Assembly: GCA_965285935.1 (NCBI GenBank)
Contig: OZ260662.1
Coordinates: 30,938,001-31,002,000 of the forward strand
Length of the DNA stretch: 64,000 bases
Reading direction: 5' to 3'
Source of the DNA: Ophelia neglecta
Taxonomy: Eukaryota
Under the pieces are notes generated by a model. That model made no database searches. It had not been told where the DNA came from and saw nothing but the letters and a program-made list of their open reading frames with translations. Within the stretch, counting starts at the first letter, position 1, and the number at the start of each line of letters is the position of its first letter. Shown piece after piece: positions 12,401-21,800 of the stretch. The position numbers were made by a program, and so were the translations under genes.

Positions 12401-13011
12401 CTGGATTATGGTCACTACAGTGAGGGCCGCCTCTGTCAACACCTGCCTTGCGTTCAATAAACGAAAACGTTCGCAAACATCACAAACGTTTCGCGAAATT
12501 CCGTAACTGAACGGTTCGTTTGCCGAAAACGTTCGCAACCGATCGCAAACGTATTTGAAGGTGGTGCGCCAAGAAAACCAAAATGGCGGACGGGTGAGCA
12601 CATGTTCTGTTATCTTGTGGGCGGGGCCTAGTAGCAAACGTTCGCGATTCGTTCAATAAAGAGATGTGTATCGGAAACTGTGATAGGCCAACGTTTTTTT
12701 ATTGAACGTAAGGCTGGCATGACAACACAGTATCTAATTTTGACTTTTTTATTAGAATGTGGTCAATCAGACTCCTAAACTCGCCATGTGTTCCCTGATC
12801 AAAATAATAGCCTGGTCCTAAACACTTGTCAATAACCAACAAAGAGCAGAAATCGTTTCTGAGCGAGAACTGATTCAGGTGATAATCGCGAGCATTGTTA
12901 GGTCTAATAGTACAGCGATCTCCGTCTAACTGAGCATTACAATCTCCCATTAAAATCAGTTCACCAATGCTCACACATTTTAGGGCTAGTGTTTCTAGCT
13001 CTTGAAGGATG
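9457..13011 (-). mobile_element. 5'-truncated, frameshifted non-LTR retrotransposon (APE-RT ORF2; L2/CR1/RTE-X-like)
   Basis: APE C-terminal half (ELILMGDCNAQL, SLIDHIL), RT motifs (MLDSASAFDSVWHVGLF, SVMQGS, CPTQADDIVLL), LYGCELW and a C-terminal CHIC zinc-finger-like segment. The 3' end has AATAAA plus a simple-repeat tail. Confidence 0.9.
12446..12713. mobile_element. 268-bp MITE with 15-bp TIRs and 3-bp TSD (CTG)
   Basis: TIRs CCTTGCGTTCAATAA and TTATTGAACGTAAGG. CTG is duplicated at 12443-12445 and 12714-12716. The empty site ACACCTGGCATG is present in the paralogous LINE at about 46979-46990. Confidence 0.9.
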
Positions 13012-13720
13012 TCACACCATTTACCATAAGGCCACTCTGCACAACCTCGTTGAAAATGTGAGGTCAACAAGGTCTGCATATTGGATATAAATCGGAACTT
13101 ATATTGGCGCCATGGAAGATCCAAGATACGATCTCACAAATATAGATTTATTCATTGAAATCACTACATATAATTAGTGAGAAATTGCCAGTGACAGAAC
13201 TTAGTTTGATCATCACCCAAAAGACTTCATGGCTGCTGAGCTTTACACCTTTTGATGAACACTGGTCAAAAATAAACACTTATTAGGGCACAGCAGGCAA
13301 TGATGCAAATCACCGTTACAGGTGTGAGTAGTTTGATTTCACACCTTTGTGCCTGTAGTTTCTTAATGTAACCCATATGCTTTCACACCTTATCAGGCGC
13401 TGTGAGTGCCAAGAAACAAGAGTTGAGTGGCGTCCAATCACTGTAAGTGTTAAATACAATCCACTCAGCTTATGTCTGATTGCTGGTGAGACTAACACAT
13501 ATCTCGGTATAATAGGCTTGGACTTCGAGAAATCCTTAGATCTGATTTTGAGCTAACACACACTACACCACACTACAACCAAATAGAGAGATACTGAGAG
13601 AGATACTGAGGGAGAGAGAGAGTAAGAGAGGACCTGCCTGCCTGACTTCATCAAAGAGCTGTATATCTTTACATTTTGCATTTCCCTGTAGTACTTCTAA
13701 ATCATCATCATCCATTCACT

Positions 13721-14816
13721 ATGGACAGAGTTGTAGTTGATCAGGAGGCCCGCCAGAACAAGAGAACCCTAAAGGTGAATATTGTTATATTATCAGACAT
13801 ACTTATTTCATTAATATTGATAAGATTACTTAGCATATACTAATTGGCATTTTTTTTATTCCAATATTTTCTCAATAAACAGAAACCGAATAATCCTTAT
13901 TAATATACCTTCTCATACAGAGTTATCAGTGATCGGCGAGCTTTAATATTTGGCAATAACGTTACTCTCCTTAATATTTTTTTTTTAATTTTTGATAATT
14001 TTTTTTCAATATTTTTTAAATTTATGATTATATGTTGTATTTCAAAATGTATACAAATATTCTCACACACCGTTTGTCTATTCTCAGGTTCTTTGGAGAA
14101 GGATTGGAACTTCTGTTTACCCTTGCCCTGCTGAGTGCCTGGAGACTTCCACTCATTTGGACCACAGCATAGAGTTGTCTTCCGACTTCTACGACAGACA
14201 CCCGGAGACCAGTCAGGAGATGAGCAGTGTTCACCGTGTTTGTCATAACAACACACGATGCTCGGATGACACCGGACTCTCGGACTATTCATCCCACAGC
14301 AGGTTCAGTGGGAGTACCTGCAGCAAGTTACAGAGTCCCCAAACTTCCACTAGAACGGACCTCAGCCAGACCCCACCCAGTGTCTGTTGGTCGTCCACCC
14401 GGACATCTAGTGACTCCAGGGAGTACTGCCTACCCGAGGTGCCCCACAACAGCCCTGATGTCAGCCTAGAGTACAGAGAGCGGTCATCTCTAGGCCCTAG
14501 GCCCCAGTGTGATGGACAAGAGTCAGAAGAACCCTCCCGGCTAACTGAGAGCTTCGACGCCATGGATCCCCTGGACTCCGAGGAGGATCCTGGCCTTTCC
14601 CTTCTCACTGCCTCATTGACCTCTTCTCACAACCGGCTGCACACCACCGCTGACTCCGATGCCACATTCTTCATGCATGCGCCTTTATCCCGGAAGGCAG
14701 TCACCAAGAAGGAAGCCCATACCAAGAGAAAAAAGATTCTTACCAAGCTGAAGAAGTTTAAGCAGCATCTCAACAGTGTTGCTGCCGACCAGATGCACAC
14801 GTTAGCTGTCCTCTAG
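13721..14816 (+). CDS. Array gene copy 2 (exons 13721-13774, 14088-14816; 260 aa)
   Basis: Same splice sites as copy 1, open frame, C-terminus MHTLAVL. Confidence 0.8.
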
Positions 14817-15145
14817 GATGGAAAATAAGTGACATGAATACCTGCAAAACATGTCAGTGATATAGACTGTTAGAGCAAGCATGCCCTGTAAACACTCCAT
14901 GCTAACAGTGTTAGGGAAAGAGACCTTTAAAGAATTCTTTTTTATTGATTGCTTCATTAATGTTACCTTTGATATTTGAAATATCGGAGCGACGGAGGTG
15001 CCTGTAATGGTTATATTTATACATTTTATAAGCCACCTATGCCTTTTAAGTCTACAAGACCTTTTAGGAGCTAACAAGTTAATTGATTGCTCCATTCATT
15101 AATAAGTGCGTTTCATTTATATCATAGTCATCCTGTTAGTCATTA

Positions 15146-15181
15146 TGTAAATATGTAAATATGTTGAAAGTTGTAAATAAA
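15146..15181 (+). promoter_or_regulatory. Three Pumilio-type elements (TGTAAATA) and AATAAA in the 3' UTR of copy 2
   Basis: TGTAAATA at 15146, 15154 and 15172, AATAAA at 15176. At least two elements are present in every copy that retains the UTR (e.g. 9124-9139). Confidence 0.5.
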
Positions 15182-15329
15182 TCATACTGCTATTAAACAT
15201 GCTGTTTTTCATTTAACGTCAATTTAAAATTGGTTACAAAGTAAGTTTACGTGCCGAGTTACAATTAACTGGGAGTGTATACTTCTTTATACGAGATTAA
15301 GTGGTTTAATACACGTACAATATCAAATC

Positions 15330-17060
15330 ACACAATTTACATAGTGGTCATTCTGCACAACTGATGCTCAAAAAATGAGGGCAACAAGGTGTGCATATTG
15401 GATGTAAAACGGGATTTATATTGGCGCCAGGGAAGATCCAAGATGCGATCTCAAAAATTTAGATTTATCCTCAGTTTTTCAGGTTTGTATTTACAAATTC
15501 CGCAAATAGAAGGAAGTTCAGCCTTTAGACAGGTTTGACACCATAGACGACAGCATGTATAGGTTCACAGATTTCTATTAGATAAAAAATCAATTGTCCA
15601 TCGGTTTATAATAGCCAAAAATAGTTTATTTCCATTTTTCCTTGTTTCTCGGAATATTTCTACAAAAAAGTTGTCCTGCAGAAAATAGTTTACCTCGTTA
15701 GATTACATGTTTTTGTGGAAGTTAATTGTATTTTTCTATTTTCTTTTGACCTTTTAGCCATTACTGACTCCCATTGTCCGCCCTCCCAATCACTGGGCAC
15801 GATGATCAACTCTGTTGGCGGTTCATCCCTTCGTGGGCTGGTGGGCCATTCATTGTCAATGGGATTGTGTAGGTCTACATGACGGGCGTCTTGGTGACCA
15901 TCATACAGTGGTCTTTGGACATGGTGGCTTTTGAATTTTGTCCCGTCCGTTATTGTCGCGGTCGACCGAAATACGCCATCTGTTAGTATGGTAGTAGCTG
16001 CTTGGGCTTTTCCACTATTTGTTCATGTGCAGAATGTTGATATTTTTTTAATAGTTCCATTTGTATGTTGGTAGCTATCGCCGATCAATTTGAGTAATGT
16101 TTTGTTTTCATCCTCGAGGGTTTTTATTTTCTGCTGCATCTTCCTTGACTCATTTTCAAAGTTCATTCTCAAAGCTTCAAGTCTGTCATTTGTTTGTTGT
16201 TATTCTGTAACGGTGGTTCCGATAAATTCGATAAGGCGGATGGACAGGTCTAAAGCTGCTTTACCTGTTAGCCCTTTGATATCTTTGTTGCTCATTAGAT
16301 TAGTTTGTTCATCTTTTCACTGAGTGAAGAATGATCTTGGGAACTAATTTTCATTTCTGTCACTTACATGAATAGTTCGACCACATATTCAACCAGTACA
16401 TCTATTTTCCTGCGCTCTTTTGGAATTTTTATTTAATCTTTTGTATATTGAGGACTTTACAGATTTTTTCGAATTGTTCAATGGCTTCCTTTGCCAGAGT
16501 GTTTCATGTATCCCGCATAACCTCTTCGTCAAAGTCTTGTTTTATTTCCGCCATTACACCCATTTAGAGGAATTCTCTAGTTTTTTGCTTTATTCTAGCT
16601 TCTATGCCGGGTATTTCCACGGAAAATAAAGTTCGTCTGCTCCTTTTGAGAGTCCCGGATATTTCGGGATATTTCTGTGATCATTTCGATGCCAGAATAG
16701 TACGGTAGATGCATTTTGTCGTCCGCTTTTGGGTGCTAGACTCCTCAGTTGTACTGCTTCTGGATCCTCGGGGGGCCTGGGCACTTTCACACCTTTTTGG
16801 TTGACAGGTCCAGCCGCGATTTAACAGTAATCAACCTAGTTTAAATAACTTTTCAGTGTGCGATAAAGTGGTATTAGAATATTTTTTCAGGTAGAAACTT
16901 CAGATAAACCTATGTGCAATAATCCTTCAAGGATGGCAAGAGGTCTCCGTGTTCGTGTACCTTCTGTCGGATTCCGTGTGGGTGGACCTGCTGCATCTCA
17001 GGGATTTAACAGTAGATTTTCTCACAGAGCCGCTGTGGATACACGTATCACCAAGTCAAC
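15330..17060 (-). pseudogene. Decayed coding remnant in the spacer, resembling a LINE 5' UTR/ORF1. Paralogues at about 25990-27710, 29925-30940, 32581-33930, 36160-37890, 40100-41835
   Basis: Stop- and frameshift-ridden minus-strand translation with QDFDEEVMRDT-NTLAK...RKIDVLVEYVVELF, a coiled coil DRLEALRMNFENESRKMQQKIKTLEDENKTLLKLI and GQWESVMAKRSK. This order resembles CR1/L2-type ORF1. Assignment is by resemblance only. Confidence 0.45.
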
Positions 17061-18391
17061 GCGTAACTCTGAAAAGTGATGGATATTGAACATTGAAGTT
17101 ACTACATGTAATGAGTGAGAAATTGCCAGTGACAGAACTTAGTTTGATCATCACCCAAAAGACTTCATGGCTGCTGAGTTTCACACCTTTTGATGAACAC
17201 TGGTCAACAATTTAACACCTATTACGGCTATGCAGGCAATGATGCAAAACACCGTTACTAGGGTGAGTAGTTTGATTTCACATCTTTGTACCTGTAGTTA
17301 CTTAATATGCCTATATGCTTTCACACCTCATCATGCGTTGTTAGAGCCAGGAAACAAGAGTTGAGTGGTGTCCAATAACTGTAAGTGCTAAATACAATCC
17401 ACTCAACTTATGTCTGATGACTGGTGAGACTAACACATACCTCGGTATAATAGGCTAGGAGTTGGAGAAATCCTTAGATCTGATTTTGAGCTTACCCACA
17501 CTACACCACAATACAACCAGAAAGAGAGATACTGAGAGAGATACTGAGAGAGAGAGTAAGAGAGGACCTGCCTGCCTGACTTCATCTAAGAGCTGTATAT
17601 CTCTACATTTTGCATTTCCTTGTAGTTCTTCTAAATCATCATCATCATCCATTCACTATGGACAGAGTTGTACTTGGTCAGGAGGCCTTTGACCGCCAGA
17701 ACAAGAGAACCCCAAAGGTGAATATTGTTATATTATCAGACATACTTATTACATAAATATTAATAAGATTACTTAGCATATACTAATTGCCATTTTTTAT
17801 TCCAATATTTTCTCAATAAACAGAAACCGAATAATCCTTATTCATATACCTTCTCATACAGAGTTATCAGTGAGTGGTGAGCTTCAATATTTGGCGATAA
17901 CGTTACTCTCCTTTATATCTTTTGTTAATTTTGGATAATTTCAATATTATTTAAATTTATGATTATATGTTGTATTTCAAAATGTAAACAAATATTCTCA
18001 CACACCGTTTGTCTATTCTCAGGTTCTTTGGAGAAGGATTGGAACTTCTGTTTACCCTTGCCCTGCTGAGTGCCTGGAGACTTCCACTCATTCGGATCAC
18101 AGCATAGAGTTGTCTTCCGACTTCTACGACAGACTTCCGGACATCAGTCTAGAGATGAGCAGTGTTCACCGTGTTTATCATAACAACACACGATGCTTAG
18201 ATGACACCGGACTCTCGGTCTCCTCATCCCACGGCAGCTTCAGTAGGACTACCTGCAGCAAGCTTCAGAGTCCTCAAACTTCCACTAAAACGGACCTCAG
18301 CCAGACCCCACCCAGTGTCTGTTGGTCGTCCATCCGGACATCCGGTGACTCCTGGGAGCACTGCCTACCCGAGGTGCCCCCCAACAGCCCT

Positions 18392-18634
18392 TGTTCCGGC
18401 GAAAGTTTAACACTAAACAAGAAATGTCACGACTAATGTTACCTCTATATTTCTAAGTTTATTTCCTGCTCATAATCATCCATGGCAAACAAAACAAGTA
18501 CCAAACTCAACCTGAAGGCCTTGACCTTCTTCCATTCAATAACAAGTTGCAGCACACCTGGTGGTCACTGACTGAACTTAAAGCTAAAAGTGTCCTACTA
18601 CTTAAACTAGGCAATTTAACCAGTCTGCACAACA
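18392..18634 (-). repeat. 3' LTR of the BEL/Pao element
   Basis: TGTTCCGGCG...GCACAACA, identical by eye to 24864-25106. Adjacent polypurine tract AGAAAGGGGAGGA on the minus strand at 18635-18647. Confidence 0.95.
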
Positions 18635-18888
18635 TCCTCCCCTTTCTGATATGAAATATCAACTAAATTTAACTAAAAGTTCATAATACTTATGCATGTC
18701 CGCATAGCTTCTAATGGAAATAAGATATTCCAAATCGAACTGTCTGTGTATCCAACTGAACTTTACGATATAAATTATATGTTTTACTGAATGATATCTT
18801 CGAAAAGGCGTCATATTGATTATCCTGTGAGCAGATTCTCGTAAATCTTTAAGATGAAATTATTGACTAAATTTAATGTATCTGCTTG

Positions 18889-21800
18889 TTACTCATCACG
18901 GCCTTGTTCCAATGGGCATAGCTTCGCTATGGGACGACGAAGAATAGTTTGTCCAACCTTGATATCAGCTGTTCGAACATGGCCGTCACGACCTGGGAAA
19001 GTTCTGATTACTCTACCCAGGGGCCATTTGCCTCTAGGGGTGTCCGGCATAAGGACTAGTACTACTTCCCCTACATGAATGTCATCACGCGTTTGGCTCC
19101 ATTTTTTACGTGTGTTCAGTCCAGGAAGCCATTCACGTAGCCATCTGTTCCAAAATTGTCGCGTTAGTTCCTGAATACGTCGCCATCGCTTCCGGGGACT
19201 GAAGTCAGTGCTGTCAACTGACTCGGGAGCAAATTCTCCTCCTATTTGCCCATGGAGGAAATGGTTGGGCGTCAATGGTACATAGTCATCACAGTTCGCA
19301 CTTTGGTAAGTGAGAGGCCGAGAATTGATTAAGCCTTCAGCACCTACGATGGCAGTCAACAGTTCCTCATCTGTTACATCAGCATCTCCAAGGATAGCTT
19401 TTATTGCCCGCTTAGCTGCTTTGATCATTATTTCGTGAGCACCATTAATGTGTGGTGCTCCAGGGGGGTTGAAATGCCACTGCACTCCGCGATTGGCTGT
19501 TGATTCCTGTATCTTATTTTGATCAAGTGCAGCGACAAGTTCACGTAACTCTCTGTCCGCCCCTATGAAGTTAGTTCCATTATCCGAGACCATGTCCCTC
19601 GGTAGGCCTCTACGAGAAACCATGCGGAAAAAGGAATTCAAAAACGAATCCGTGTCTAAGCGGTAGGCTAGTTCCAGATGCACTGCTCTGGTTTGCAAAC
19701 ATGTAAATAAACATAAATATCTCTTTTCACGGATTCTTCCTCGGCGTTGCCTTGTAATAAAAGGACCAGCGAAATCGACTGCAGTTTGAGTGAATGCCCG
19801 AAGTGACATACGCGTTCGAAGTTCATCAAGTGGTGCCATCACTTGGCTGGCAGGAGATGCTTTCCTCAACTTACATCTCATACACTGTCTCTCCCATCCT
19901 CTTATTGCCTCTCTAGCGGAGACAATCCAAAAGCACCTGGAGAGGTGTGAAAGCACCTGATTTGTCCCACCATGCTGACACTGTTCATGTGCCTCCTTAA
20001 CGATCAATGTGGTGACGTGGTGTCGACGTGGCAAAATAACTGGGTATCTTGTTTCCCACGACATGCATTCGGCGAAGCACAATCGACCATCACATCGTAG
20101 AATGCCCTCCTCATCCAACATTGGTTTCAGAGGTCTGAGCTGTGAGTTGCTGGGTAACTGCTGACCGGCTCGCAATTTACGAATGTCTTCTCCAAATTGC
20201 TCCTGCTGAGCTATTTTGATGAAGTGTCTTTGAGAATCAGCAAGCTCTGCTGGCTGAATTGGCCCTGTTCTACGGAGTGGCTCTGGCAAGCGACAATTGT
20301 CTACAAATCTCATCACTCTGGCCATCAACCTGGTCAATTTGACCCAGTTAGAGAAACGTGAGGGGTCTAGTTTGTCACACATGGCTGGTTCTGTAGATGT
20401 TACAAGAGCAACATCTTTGTCTGGTGCTCCTGTACTTACAGTACAATCGAGCTCTCTGTACTGTTTTCTGAGTTCTTTGTCCTGGTTTGATTTGGTCAAT
20501 ATAGGAGTTTCTGGCCAGCCTGCAGTATCTGTATGCAGAAATTTAGGACCGTTCCACCATTTATCCTCGTCTATAAGGCTAGATAAGGAGAGTCCACGAG
20601 TAAGCATATCTGCCGGATTCTCATCTGTCGGCACGTACCTCCACTGAGAGGGTTCAGTAGAAGCTTGAATGTCACCAACACGATTAGCTACGAATGGCTT
20701 AAATTTGCGACTGTTTCCCCTGATCCAATAAAGGACGTCCATGCTATCTGACCAAAATTGACAGTCAGATTTCGAAATGTTCAGAGCTTTTGCCACAGGT
20801 TCCAACATTTTGAGTCCTACGATAGCTGCCATAAGTTCAAGTCTAGGTATGCTCACGGCATTCAGAGGTGCAACACGTGACTTTGCACTGACTAACCTAC
20901 AAGTGACTGTCCCATCCGTATATTGGTGTCTGGTATATGCAGCTCCTCCATAAGCCATCTCTGATGCATCTACGAAAAAATGGAGAGCTACATTGTCCAG
21001 TTCTTTCCTGATTTTGAGACAGCGAGGAATAGTGATATGTGCCAAGTCCTCCAATTCGCTGAACCATTTTTGTGCTCTTTTCGCCAGTTCTACATCAGGA
21101 GTTTCATCCCAGGCCAAACCAGCAGCCCAAATATCCTGCAGTAGTATCCTTGCCTGGACAGTGAATGGGACTAGGAAACCCAATGGATCGAATAAAGTGG
21201 CTATCTTATTCAGGAAGCTTCGCTTTGTAATTTCATATTCACTGTCCGGGGGATTAACAGAGAAATGGAATGTGTCGCTCTCTGGAATCCAAAGCACACC
21301 CAATGTTTTTATGCATGGCACTGGATCTTTGTCCAAATTTACAGCACTAATGCAATCTGCAGATGGAATGTTCTGTAGTACCGTTGGAGAATTTGATATC
21401 CACTTCCGAGCATGCATACCTGCGGATGCCCACAAGCCTGATAACTGCTTGTAGAGTTCAATCGCCGTATCCTCATCAGCTACAGAGTCGAGGCTATCAT
21501 CCATGTAGGTTCCCTGCAAGACAGTCTCTGCTGCTAGTGGATATTCTGCCTGATGCTGTCTGGCATGAAACTGAGATATGAATTGTGCCATAAACGGAGA
21601 TGAACCCATGCCGAATACTACTCTCGAAAATTCGTAGACATCTGGTGGCTTACTTTGATCTAAGTCCCGCCATAAAAATCTATGAAATGGCCGGTCTTCG
21701 GATTTCAAACGTATTTGTAGGTACATTTCAGCCACGTCGCTTGTTAGAGCAATGGATTCTCGACGGAATCGTAGGAGAACAGCTACTAGATCATTCTGCA

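Noticed and set aside
9457-17060. ORF1-like spacer remnant and ORF2 fragment as one full-length LINE
   Set aside because: The endonuclease lacks its N-terminal half at the junction, and the same flank lies on both sides of the first ORF2 copy. This favours insertion of a truncated LINE into the older remnant.
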